Source: Tubulanus polymorphus (taxonomy: Eukaryota > Animalia > Nemertea). Taken from it: DNA of 64,000 nt. Where the stretch lies: the NCBI RefSeq assembly GCF_964204645.1, contig NC_134032.1, forward strand, positions 4,612,175-4,676,174. The letters run 5' to 3'. A model generated the notes under the pieces. That model ran no database searches. It had not been told where the DNA came from and was given only the letters and a program-made list of their open reading frames with translations. Within the stretch, counting starts at the first letter, position 1. The number at the start of each line of letters is the position of its first letter. The position numbers and the translations under genes are program-made. Shown piece by piece: positions 1 to 9,574 of this stretch.

Positions 1-32
1 AAAAAAAAAACATAATCAGGCACCCTAAGATA

Positions 33-380
33 TTAATGCATCATGCTGTCCAGATCATTCTGGAGGTTTCGCGTGTGCAGGACTGATGTGTTTTGGTTAG
101 ACCGGTGCCCTGCGTATGAATGCATGGCCACTCCTCTGTGCATGTTGGTGCTGTCGCGCTCGAGTGTCTCAATGTCCACAGAGGTGATCTGAGGAGGCGG
201 ACTAAGGAGGTGATGGCTGTCTTGGGGCTGCCTTAGATTTTGCGGAGGCCTTTGAGATGGCGAATCAGTATAATTGTGGCGCATATAGCCCATCGCGAGG
301 TTGGGCTTTCGGTTCAGGGCATCGAAATTGACCGGATGCTTCACAAACACATGCGTATTAGGAATTTCGGTAACTGACAT
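33..380 (-). CDS. Hypothetical viral protein
   Basis: 115-aa ATG-initiated ORF followed by a T-run on the minus strand (A10 at 1-10). No recognised motif. Confidence 0.55.
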   Translation of the reverse strand: MSVTEIPNTHVFVKHPVNFDALNRKPNLAMGYMRHNYTDSPSQRPPQNLRQPQDSHHLLSPPPQITSVDIETLERDSTNMHRGVAMHSYAGHRSNQNTSVLHTRNLQNDLDSMMH

Positions 381-621
381 GATCGCCGTCTTCGTGCCGG
401 ATCTTTCGGTTGTCGTGCCAATTTAGCTCGTTCTGCCCGTATGTAATTCGCGGCGCCAAATTTGCTTGGGCCAAATAGCGGGACTCGTTAGTTCTGATTT
501 GTCGCAGGACCTCTGTCGGCTGATAGATCTTGTCAGGCTTGGACAGGTTATTGAGCTGAATGCGCTGTGGATGGTGGGCCTGTACCTTGTGCAAAATCTT
601 ATAGATTTGGTCTCTATCCAT
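358..621 (-). CDS. Hypothetical viral protein
   Basis: ORF with likely start MDRDQ at 621, preceded by TCTATAG. Overlaps the next ORF by 23 nt. Confidence 0.55.
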   Translation of the reverse strand: MDRDQIYKILHKVQAHHPQRIQLNNLSKPDKIYQPTEVLRQIRTNESRYLAQANLAPRITYGQNELNWHDNRKIRHEDGDHVSYRNS

Positions 622-714
622 GCTTCCTATAGATAAAAAAAAATACAAATGAAAGGACACAGCAGGCCGCTCTTAGTCAAATGCATTTTAAAAGATGATA
701 TGACCTGCCTTTTA

Positions 715-1098
715 TTATTTTGGCTTCCAGTACTCCATGGTGAACGCCTTACCTGATTTGACGAAGGCGTCGTGTTTGGCCTTGAGCCTCATGTATTCGC
801 TCACAGCATACCCATTGGTGTCGACTCCAAGGACTACTCCTATGGGCGGCACCGGTATCATCCACTCGTGCTTGCCCCATGTGATTAGCTGGTCCATATA
901 CCAATTGTAAAGGCCCCTGTTCATGTCCATGCTCGCGGCCGTGAACGGAGCGATTTGCGCCAGGGCCATTAAGGTATCTGTGGCAAAATTATAGGGCGGA
1001 CGCATCGCAGGATTAGGGGGCCCTCCAGGAAGGATCGAGGCCTTGGTCCCTGCTTCAGGCATAGAGCGCTCAGTATTTGCAGCCATCGCGGGTCGCAA
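715..1098 (-). CDS. Hypothetical viral protein
   Basis: 127-aa ORF directly downstream of VETF-L, with a T-run on the minus strand at ~634-643. Confidence 0.6.
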   Translation of the reverse strand: MRPAMAANTERSMPEAGTKASILPGGPPNPAMRPPYNFATDTLMALAQIAPFTAASMDMNRGLYNWYMDQLITWGKHEWMIPVPPIGVVLGVDTNGYAVSEYMRLKAKHDAFVKSGKAFTMEYWKPK

Positions 1099-1104
1099 AG
1101 AGTC

Positions 1105-3714
1105 CTATTCGATTAGTATCCTATCTGCTTCAAAGAATCTGACAGATGTCTCCCAGCTGTTTATATTCATGAGGGTCATCCTATATAAAGAAATATTTGT
1201 TAATAGTGGTATCTTTTTTAGAAAGTTGTCGACATCGTACTGCGCCACTATGGGCTTTGAGGCATGATAGTACTTTTTCGCATAAGTCGGCACTATTTTC
1301 ATGTGCGTCAGGATGCTCTCTTTGACGATCTTGCGAAGGGCGGCTGGTTTCATGGCCGACAGGGCCTTGAGCGCATAAATGTAATCAAACGAAAAGCGAG
1401 TATTTTGCAGGTAGTCTTCAAAGGAGTGCAAGTCAATGTGGGCCCTGAGGCTTTTGTAGTCTTTCTCATTTTTGAGCTTCGTCATGATGTTGGCGTTAAA
1501 GGTGTTTGTGTAATAATTGTTTAAGATCAGGTCCCTCATATCTTCATCTTTATACGCGACAGCCAGGCGTTTTACGCAGCAATTGAGATCAATGATGGCA
1601 AGGCGCCGTGCCTGATACTCCTTGAACAGGCGGTTGGCCTCTTCTTTGATTGGGTTGGCTGTCGTAAAGCTTTCTCGATAGATCTTGCGCAGGCCCAAGT
1701 AGGGCTCTGTGATTTTTTTTGTGGGCTTGAAGGGATAGTAGATGTCGCCATCGAAGCCGGTCATCAGTCCCTGACTGTTATGGTAGACCGCCTTTGGCCG
1801 CGCCATTTTTAAGATGCTGAAAATGTGCAATAGCGACTCGACGTCCATATAGTCGCTGTGGTGCGGCTCTTTATCAGTGATCTGGTTATAGCGCGTGTTG
1901 TAAGAGAATGGAATAGGAAAGAACATGCTATGCTTTCTGCCCGGCATCGTGATCAGGGCCCCATAAATGGAAGTGGGGTGGATGTTAAAGACCTTGTCGA
2001 TTTTAATATTGGCGTCCTCGAGCGCGGCAAGGCGCTTCATGCCCTCCTGCCGGCTATATGATTTTTTGATCATCAGGAACAAGTCGTCCCAATAGACGCA
2101 ATCAAAGAAATCGTATTGAGGCGCATTCTGTGTTTTCCAATTGAGGCAGAGCCCATGCACAGACTCTTCGTCACTGGCCACAATGGCGCAGATCGTGGTG
2201 GTGCGCTCATCTTCTTTGCGGTCAATCATGGCCTGTATCATGTCGATGATGCGCGGCGAGATCCGATACAGGCAGGTGTCATCAAAGATAATAATAATGA
2301 TATTAAATAAATCGATGGAGCACTGCAGCAGCAGCTCATTGATCATATTGATAGACTGAATGGGCACATTTTTAAAGTCGGTTTTGTAGTCGTAGCATGA
2401 AATGATTTCTTTGATGACGCGCAAGATTGGTCTATGGCATTTGTGCTTTTGCTGGGCGATGTCGACATGAATGAGCGATTCTTTGGTGCCTGCTTCTACA
2501 TATTTGTACAGCATGCCCATGACCTCTTTGGAGTTTTTTGAAATGATGCTGCGAATCGCAGGGAGCACCCACAAGAGTCCTGGCCCAAATGAGGAGAGCA
2601 GGCCGCATGTGTGGTAATATTTGCTCTGGTTAAAATACGACTTAAACATGCAATCGCGAATTTCGTAAGACTTGTTGCCCTCACGGCGCTTGCTGCTATT
2701 GATGAGATGGGCGCGCTGGACTGGCCAATTGATTGGGCGCTCTTCTGTCTTTTTGTATTTGACCTTTTCCATGTCGATGATGTTGCTCTTTATGTTATCG
2801 ATGATAGAGGTGCCTTTATTCTGCTTGGCGCAACAAATGATGGGCGTGCCATACTTTGATATGCCTATGACATTGAGGCGATTAAAGTAAGGGCCGCAAG
2901 AGATGTAGTAGGTCATGCCGCTCATGGGGTTTCGCGCCCGAATAAAGCAGCGGCGGTCAAATTCTTCTTTGGACATGCGATCGATCTGGTGCTGCTGATA
3001 TGTGATGCCCTGACGAGTGTGCTGGCAGCTCGACGAAAAGGGCACAGATCTCACTTCATTATATGTCATGCTATCAATCAGGGTCAGCGCCTCGATGGAC
3101 GCCACTGTGAGATTCGTGTTGATGTCTGCTTCGAAATTGTTATAGATGTGCTCCACGAGCAGGCTCGGCAAATTGGTGATAATGCCCATGACTGGCTGCC
3201 CTGTGAAGCTGCCCGAAAAGACCATGTAGTTCAGGCCCACGCTGAGGCGGATGGACTTGGTGGGCATGAGATTCATATAGTCCTGATCTACATACAAATT
3301 TAGGGAATTGGACATGGGCGAATTCTTTTGAAAAAAGAACTTCATTTGGAGCTTCGTCACGCGCATGGAATCAATGGATACATCGTATGAGATCTTGTCG
3401 ACTTTGGCGCCGCGGGGCACCATAGACTGTGCAGAAATCTCAGGGAGCTCTTTCACATCGGCATTCCTGTTTGGCTTATTTTTGCGCATCGAGCTAAAGG
3501 AAAAGCTAGATATGATGCCCCTTTCCTTCAGGCTGCGCAGCGTGGCATCCATTACGGGCTTTAGGCGCGATTCTTTCAGAGCGATTAAGATGGCGCTCTT
3601 GGCTGAGAAAGAAAAAGAGTCGCTGCTCAGGGTCGAGCGCACATCCGAGCAAAAACTAAAGATCGCCGAGTCATCTTTGTTAAATTTGGGGCAGTCTTGA
3701 AAAAATGAATACAT
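1105..3714 (-). CDS. Early transcription factor large subunit (VETF-L; poxvirus A7 / ASFV G1340L-like), C-terminal part
   Basis: Motif series SCQHTRQ...NPMSGMTYYISC...PIICCAK matches the VETF-L CQxxRQP...YYxC...PCC signature. Together with the upstream ORF it gives ~1,250 aa. Confidence 0.8.
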   Translation of the reverse strand: MYSFFQDCPKFNKDDSAIFSFCSDVRSTLSSDSFSFSAKSAILIALKESRLKPVMDATLRSLKERGIISSFSFSSMRKNKPNRNADVKELPEISAQSMVPRGAKVDKISYDVSIDSMRVTKLQMKFFFQKNSPMSNSLNLYVDQDYMNLMPTKSIRLSVGLNYMVFSGSFTGQPVMGIITNLPSLLVEHIYNNFEADINTNLTVASIEALTLIDSMTYNEVRSVPFSSSCQHTRQGITYQQHQIDRMSKEEFDRRCFIRARNPMSGMTYYISCGPYFNRLNVIGISKYGTPIICCAKQNKGTSIIDNIKSNIIDMEKVKYKKTEERPINWPVQRAHLINSSKRREGNKSYEIRDCMFKSYFNQSKYYHTCGLLSSFGPGLLWVLPAIRSIISKNSKEVMGMLYKYVEAGTKESLIHVDIAQQKHKCHRPILRVIKEIISCYDYKTDFKNVPIQSINMINELLLQCSIDLFNIIIIIFDDTCLYRISPRIIDMIQAMIDRKEDERTTTICAIVASDEESVHGLCLNWKTQNAPQYDFFDCVYWDDLFLMIKKSYSRQEGMKRLAALEDANIKIDKVFNIHPTSIYGALITMPGRKHSMFFPIPFSYNTRYNQITDKEPHHSDYMDVESLLHIFSILKMARPKAVYHNSQGLMTGFDGDIYYPFKPTKKITEPYLGLRKIYRESFTTANPIKEEANRLFKEYQARRLAIIDLNCCVKRLAVAYKDEDMRDLILNNYYTNTFNANIMTKLKNEKDYKSLRAHIDLHSFEDYLQNTRFSFDYIYALKALSAMKPAALRKIVKESILTHMKIVPTYAKKYYHASKPIVAQYDVDNFLKKIPLLTNISLYRMTLMNINSWETSVRFFEADRILIE

Positions 3715-4871
3715 GGTTTGTAGATATAGTCGCCGAAGAGGATGTTACTATGGCAAAAGTCCTGCTCCCACACATAATTGACAGGATGGTACACAAACAT
3801 TTTCTCTTTGACGATTTGAATGATGAGCAGGCCCGAGCCCTTATTTACAGACATGACTAGACTGATGCCCTCTGAAAACTTATTAATGCGGCTTTTCAGG
3901 AGCGGCAAGAGCGCCGTGGTGAGCTTGAGATCCTGGCGCTGATCGATGATGACGATTTCGCCAGTGAGGATATTTTTTTGCCAAGAGATGGCTAGCACCA
4001 CTGAGTCCATGTTGCACACGGCGTTAAACAGGCGATGGAAGGAGCAGTCTGTGTTGTACTTGACCTCATAGCTGTAGGAGAACTCCTCCCCCTGCGTCGT
4101 CGAAATCATGGTGTACTGATCATATTTAGTCATTATGCGCGAATTCGCAAAAATGCGATCGACCTCTGCGCCTTGGTTTGCCAAATAGACATCGTGCGAT
4201 ATATTTTTTTTGGCAAATCCAGCCGCAAATGTAAAATAAGACAGCAGCTCCCGATAGTTGACGCGATTGTGCTCGCATTGGCAAATGGGCAGGTGCCTGC
4301 TTAAGAAGCTCTCTTCCAGAGGAAGCACAAAAAAGCATTCATTGGCTCGCACGGTCAGGCAATACATGTTGGGAAGAACGCCCGGCGTGCCCACCTTGTC
4401 GAAGGCGCCCATAGCGCAGATCTGTAGATTGCGGCGTGCAGGGCGCTCATGCCTATGGCCGCCGACCTTGTGATAATCGCCAAACATCTCTGACATCTCG
4501 ACGTCTTCAGGTATGTCTTCATGGGATTCTTCTTCCAGGTGCTGCTTAATATCCCCATATCGGAAGTCTATCGCCGTGGGCCCCAATGTCGAAAACCGAA
4601 AGATCTGATTTAAGAACTTTTTGCCGCAGTCCCAAAGCGCCACCTGATTGACATCTAACTTGAATTCTTTGGCCATGAGGAAATGCAGAATATTGGCAGA
4701 AATGGTCTGATAGCCCCACTTTTCTAAGTACTTGATGCTGACGCCGGTGCGTATGCATGGCGGATCGATGTCTTGGATCATTAAATACTCATTATATTCG
4801 GAGTTTTTATTTAATATTTCTACATGATAGCAGACTTTTGTGTACCCCTCATAAATATGAATGATGCCCAT
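3627..4871 (-). CDS. Probable N-terminal part of VETF-L (joined by a -1 frame change) or a separate gene
   Basis: 414-aa ORF overlapping the downstream ORF by 88 nt. T_TTT_TTC at ~3699-3705 bridges the two frames. Confidence 0.65.
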   Translation of the reverse strand: MGIIHIYEGYTKVCYHVEILNKNSEYNEYLMIQDIDPPCIRTGVSIKYLEKWGYQTISANILHFLMAKEFKLDVNQVALWDCGKKFLNQIFRFSTLGPTAIDFRYGDIKQHLEEESHEDIPEDVEMSEMFGDYHKVGGHRHERPARRNLQICAMGAFDKVGTPGVLPNMYCLTVRANECFFVLPLEESFLSRHLPICQCEHNRVNYRELLSYFTFAAGFAKKNISHDVYLANQGAEVDRIFANSRIMTKYDQYTMISTTQGEEFSYSYEVKYNTDCSFHRLFNAVCNMDSVVLAISWQKNILTGEIVIIDQRQDLKLTTALLPLLKSRINKFSEGISLVMSVNKGSGLLIIQIVKEKMFVYHPVNYVWEQDFCHSNILFGDYIYKPCIHFFKTAPNLTKMTRRSLVFARMCARP

Positions 4872-7793
4872 GATGAGACCTTTTTTGATCTATCTGAGGC
4901 TGTTCAGAGGGCGGCAATAGCGATCGCAGCGCCGGTCGGGCTAGATTGCGGGGACAATTATGCAATTTACCCCTTTTCTTTTGACTCCATTGCCCAAAAA
5001 TCAGCGCTCTCTACTATTACTAAAATAAATTGTTATGACACCCTTGGCCAGCGCCGCCAGATCGCAGTGTCAATTCCCTCCATTGCCACTATGAGCCTGG
5101 CCATAGAGCCGCCCCAATCTCATAGCCGGGAATGTTACGAGGACCTGATCACCCTTCTGAAAATGACCTATAAAGACAGCATCATCGCCATCGAATATGA
5201 ATATGGCGTCTGGTACACCTACGGCGTCGATGACATTTGGTTCATAAACTTGGCGATGCGCAACATCGAAGACATGCGCACTATCCACAAGTTCCTGAAA
5301 GGGATCTCAGCGCGCTTCGAAACACTCGAAGATGGCAGCGAGCACGACGAGGGGCGCCCCATGTCCCTGAGCATCGAGCGCTCCCGAGAGCAGCTCAAGA
5401 CACACTATGCCAAAATCGCCCAATGGGGCCTGATCCTGTATAAATGGTATTATGTCGAAGACCGAGACAGCGATGCGCTAGGCGTCAAAGACCTTAAGCC
5501 CGTCTATGACCGCCAATTGCCGATCCCTGACACAAAGATGTTTTATGACATCGAAGTGGTGAACCATAATTTGCTCTCTGGGCACCAAATGCCCAATATC
5601 GAGGACGAGCACTGCTACATCAACTGCATTAGTCAGGTCTTCTCTTCTCCCTTTTCGCAAATGGCGCCCTTTATCGTTGTGCTGGGCGACAAGCGCGTCA
5701 TCCACTACGTGCACGGCCACATAAAGATCATTGTGAAGTCCGAAGAGGAAGTCATGGGCATATTCCTGCTCTTGATGAAGGTCTTTAAGCCGCGCATTAT
5801 CTTTGACTACAATGGCTGCCATTTTGATCAGGAGTGGATATTGCATCGCTTTGACAAGTATGATATGGAGCATGATCTGCTCGAGTGCGTGGGCGCGCCC
5901 TTTTCGGATACCATGAAGGTCAAGGGAGGCCTGCCTCTGGCGTCGATTTTTGGGAAAGAATCATATGACTCGTCGGCGCGGGTGCTTTACACGAGTATTC
6001 AGACGCCCCAAATGGTTCACATAGATCTGATGATGTACATCGTAAACAACAATTTGTTTTCCCGGGCAGAAGGGCACTCTTTAGAAAAGGTGGCGCAGTT
6101 TCATGGCCTTTCAGGCAAATACGATGTCTCGCACAAGGCCATGGCCCTCGTCAGCTACATCTTTTATGAAACGCGCAAAAAAAAGGACAGCAAGGGCCGC
6201 GACATATTCGCCAGCATGCTGGAGTTCCTGGACACCTTAGTAAAAGAAAATCAGATCCACCAGCTACCCGAGGGCTCGCCCATCATGCGTGGCCTGCGCC
6301 AAGAAAGCAGAGACATCATTGAGCAGTATTATTATCAGGAAGTGTCAGTGTACGCCTCTTATTGCCTGCAAGACACAATGATCTGCTTACACCTCGAGGA
6401 GAAAGTCTCTGCGCTGGCCAAAATGTGCAGTCAGGCGACGATGTGCCGCGTGAGCGAAAGCGTGATCCTCTACAGAGGCATGGCCACCAAAATCATCAGC
6501 TATTTAGAATCCTTTGCTTTTGCGCGCGGCGAGCACTTTGGCCACTCGGCGAAGAACCTGCGCCTCTCGCGGCAAATCAGCAATGTAAAGATCTTTGGGG
6601 GCGTGACTTACGAGATCTATCCGCAAGAGTACTGGGAAAAGTTCCTGACATTGCTGTACGACATGCGCGCTCATTATCCCTCTACGATCATCGATGCCAA
6701 TTTATCGCCTGATACGATCCTTTTGTCGCGAATGGATGTGCCCGAGGGCGTCCCTGTCATGCGATTTGACATGTTTTCCAAGGACGCAGAGAACACTCTT
6801 ATAGGCGAATTCTATGTGCGCCAAGACAAGCGCGGCTTCATGTCGCTACTCGAAGAAGAGCTCCTCCTGCGCAGAAAGGTCATCAAAGCCGAATTGGCGC
6901 AACTTAAGCGCGATAGCCCAGACGATCATATTGGGCAAATGACATTGCGCTGCGAGGAACTCAGTGTCAAGACCATTTTGGTGTCAGTGTATGGCCTGAC
7001 CGCGCTCAGCCATGTAACTGATTCAGTGCTGTATATGCCCCTCATCGCCACGGCTACAACACAGCTGGCAGCTCAGATCTTAGAGCTCTCCACTTTACAT
7101 ATCTTTAACCAATTTGGGATCTTTCCGGTGATGGGCGTCACTGACAGTATCACTTTTTTAATGAAGCAGGAGTGGCTCCCCCTATTCGGCCTGCACCCCG
7201 AGGACAAAAACGCGTTATACATCCTCAGTAAGAAGCTCATCCCTGCCCTCGAAACAGAGATCAATGTGATCATTCGCCAGCTGTATTGCAACCCGAAGTG
7301 CGTTACCGAAATTGCCTACGAGGCCATGGGGAGCTCTGTCCGGTGCCACCAAAAAAAGCGCTACTGCCTGCGCAAGCTAGACATCCGACAGGACTCTTTG
7401 TCTCTCGCCCACGAAAAGGGCTCTAATTACATTGTAGGCTTTACACAAATCCGCTCAGACTCCTCAGGCTTCAGTCAGCAGCTCTCTAGGGCCCTCGACG
7501 CGGATCTGCTCTCTTTGGAGCCCAGCACTTTAGAGAATTTGTCTGAGATTGTGGCCACGTACCTGCGCAAGGCGCTGAGTGATCCCGAAATGATGGCCAG
7601 CAAAAAGAAGATGCATTCGCGCCAGAATTGCATGGTCGTGGCCTACAACCAATTAAAAGTGGGCGCCCTGATTGGGATGTATGAAGTCATGCCTCTCTTG
7701 GGCCCGGCGATGCTGTTTCCCGTCGAGCGGCCTCTGCCGTGCATTAATATGATGGGCAATCTCGTCATATGGCGGAAATTCGCGCAGAACTAG
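4824..7793 (+). CDS. polB: Family B DNA polymerase (ASFV G1211R-like)
   Basis: ExoI FYDIEV, ExoII YNGCHFD, ExoIII YCLQDT, motif A YDMRAHYPS, motif B KTILVSVYG, motif C GVTDS, and KKRY. Confidence 0.95.
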   Translation: MIADFCVPLINMNDAHDETFFDLSEAVQRAAIAIAAPVGLDCGDNYAIYPFSFDSIAQKSALSTITKINCYDTLGQRRQIAVSIPSIATMSLAIEPPQSHSRECYEDLITLLKMTYKDSIIAIEYEYGVWYTYGVDDIWFINLAMRNIEDMRTIHKFLKGISARFETLEDGSEHDEGRPMSLSIERSREQLKTHYAKIAQWGLILYKWYYVEDRDSDALGVKDLKPVYDRQLPIPDTKMFYDIEVVNHNLLSGHQMPNIEDEHCYINCISQVFSSPFSQMAPFIVVLGDKRVIHYVHGHIKIIVKSEEEVMGIFLLLMKVFKPRIIFDYNGCHFDQEWILHRFDKYDMEHDLLECVGAPFSDTMKVKGGLPLASIFGKESYDSSARVLYTSIQTPQMVHIDLMMYIVNNNLFSRAEGHSLEKVAQFHGLSGKYDVSHKAMALVSYIFYETRKKKDSKGRDIFASMLEFLDTLVKENQIHQLPEGSPIMRGLRQESRDIIEQYYYQEVSVYASYCLQDTMICLHLEEKVSALAKMCSQATMCRVSESVILYRGMATKIISYLESFAFARGEHFGHSAKNLRLSRQISNVKIFGGVTYEIYPQEYWEKFLTLLYDMRAHYPSTIIDANLSPDTILLSRMDVPEGVPVMRFDMFSKDAENTLIGEFYVRQDKRGFMSLLEEELLLRRKVIKAELAQLKRDSPDDHIGQMTLRCEELSVKTILVSVYGLTALSHVTDSVLYMPLIATATTQLAAQILELSTLHIFNQFGIFPVMGVTDSITFLMKQEWLPLFGLHPEDKNALYILSKKLIPALETEINVIIRQLYCNPKCVTEIAYEAMGSSVRCHQKKRYCLRKLDIRQDSLSLAHEKGSNYIVGFTQIRSDSSGFSQQLSRALDADLLSLEPSTLENLSEIVATYLRKALSDPEMMASKKKMHSRQNCMVVAYNQLKVGALIGMYEVMPLLGPAMLFPVERPLPCINMMGNLVIWRKFAQN

Positions 7794-8221
7794 GCATTCC
7801 CAACGATCCGGTAGTAGATAAGCAGAATTCCTCTAAGTCGCGGCTCCTGAGCTGGCAGTATATCGCCAAATTTACTAATCCGACGCCCTTAGCAGACTTC
7901 ATATGCCTGAATGCCAACCACTTTTGCGGCGAAGTCGACTTAGAAGAGTGCTCTGCGCAGGCCAAAAAAATGTATGTCTCTGCCTTGAAACTTGAATTGG
8001 AGTGCTACCTGCGCAGCCCAACGATGCCTTATTTGGGCGCGCTCACGGGCATTGCCTCGATTCTGATCATGATTGTCTCGAATGCCTGCTCCCTTGGACA
8101 GCTGATTCCCATAAATGATGAGGTGCATAGCCGCCTGGCCGAATATTATCGCCAAATCAACTCAGAGTTTGTCCAAAGCATAAAAAAAATATGTAGTGAC
8201 AAGACCTTGATCCTTCTTTAA
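7769..8221 (+). CDS. Probable frameshifted C-terminal portion of the DNA polymerase
   Basis: Overlaps the polB stop in the -1 frame. Combined length is ~1,130 aa, typical of NCLDV PolB. A T8 run follows at 8227-8234. Confidence 0.55.
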   Translation: MAEIRAELGIPNDPVVDKQNSSKSRLLSWQYIAKFTNPTPLADFICLNANHFCGEVDLEECSAQAKKMYVSALKLELECYLRSPTMPYLGALTGIASILIMIVSNACSLGQLIPINDEVHSRLAEYYRQINSEFVQSIKKICSDKTLILL

Positions 8222-8223
8222 TA

Positions 8224-9540
8224 TTATTTTTTTTCGTTATTGTTGCGCGGAAGGACCTGGAGACGCCACACATTTAAGAGCGATTTGTATATTTGCGCGA
8301 TTTTGGGCTTGTCGGTGCCTGCAGCGATTGCGCGATCGGAATCGTATTTGTAGTCTTCTGCCATCTTTCGGACAGAGTGGCCATAGTTATAATAGGTCGT
8401 GCGGATGGGGACTGACACAGTCGTAGAAGAGAAGATAGAGGGGGCGATGACCTCAACCAGGTCTGCAAACTTGTGTTCAAAGAGCGCCAAAATGCGATGA
8501 TAAATTTGCAAGAGGGGCGCGTCCTTCTTCGTGATCTGCATATTGTCTGGAATAAATTGGAATGTCAAAAATTCGAGAAGCAGGACTATGGGGCTGACGA
8601 GCTGCACTATCTTAGAGCCAATCACTACCTTCACATACACAAACTCGGCCGGCAAAGTGCGCACGGTGTAATACACATGATGTCCTGGATAGAGTACCCC
8701 GCACGGGAACAGATCGTTTAGGCACCTTTTGTATTCTTCTAGCGGATCGTTCATGGCAGTTGTGGCAAATCCTGAAAGGCCATCGAGCCCCTCGGTGCAG
8801 GAGACTTCTACCTCATTGTTGCCGATGTCGCGCGCCCTCGATTGGGGCTTCTTGGCAAGAAATTCATAAATGGCCAGGGCCACTGCGCCGCTATAAGTAG
8901 CCAAATCAGGGCGTATAACAAAGACCGCTGCCTCACCAGATGTCTCTAGGCCGCTCCCCTCGCGCGCCAATGCAGGCGGGGCCTTTAAAGCGGCCTGGAA
9001 CTCCTTGAGCTTTTTCTTGAATTTCTCTGATTTGCAAAAGGGGATGCAGGGATCTGAATTAAAGTTCAGGCCGGGTTGCGACAGTATTTTGCACATTCCC
9101 ATAAAATCAAAGAGAGGGCCTGAGAGGCGGCAGCGATCCGAGCCCGGAATAGGCAGGGATTCCTTTAGCACATGGACAAAGATCTCTGGGGGCATGTATG
9201 TGCAGTCTAATATAGTGCGCTGCTCCTTTTGCAATCGGCGCGTCGAGCTATGCATGGCTGACTTTTCGCACAGCGCGAGCTCTGGATAGTCGCCGATCAG
9301 CCGGAGCGCAATCGTATGAAGGACTAAAAAAGGGTTGACGGACATAACATCAAAGTCTTGAATTTCAGACGGCGATTCGACCATGGGGTCTTGATTGCCA
9401 TATATAATAATGTCAATCGAGCTCTCCTTTAGATAGTCTCTGACACTCAGGAGGTATTCGCCCATCGAGTGACCATGGCAATCGCTTAAAGACAGCGATG
9501 AATGAATTTCTGTTTGGTGGGTTTCTAGTAGCTCTGGCAT
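8224..9540 (-). CDS. Viral poly(A) polymerase catalytic subunit (ASFV C475L-like)
   Basis: IIIYG...DFDVMSVNP...SAMHSSTRR...ILDCTYMP matches the NCLDV poly(A) polymerase pattern YGG..DxD.S..P..A.H..T.R..D.TY.P. Confidence 0.8.
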   Translation of the reverse strand: MPELLETHQTEIHSSLSLSDCHGHSMGEYLLSVRDYLKESSIDIIIYGNQDPMVESPSEIQDFDVMSVNPFLVLHTIALRLIGDYPELALCEKSAMHSSTRRLQKEQRTILDCTYMPPEIFVHVLKESLPIPGSDRCRLSGPLFDFMGMCKILSQPGLNFNSDPCIPFCKSEKFKKKLKEFQAALKAPPALAREGSGLETSGEAAVFVIRPDLATYSGAVALAIYEFLAKKPQSRARDIGNNEVEVSCTEGLDGLSGFATTAMNDPLEEYKRCLNDLFPCGVLYPGHHVYYTVRTLPAEFVYVKVVIGSKIVQLVSPIVLLLEFLTFQFIPDNMQITKKDAPLLQIYHRILALFEHKFADLVEVIAPSIFSSTTVSVPIRTTYYNYGHSVRKMAEDYKYDSDRAIAAGTDKPKIAQIYKSLLNVWRLQVLPRNNNEKK

Positions 9541-9574
9541 TGTATCAGTCTAGCGCCTGCCCTTTTTCCTATGC

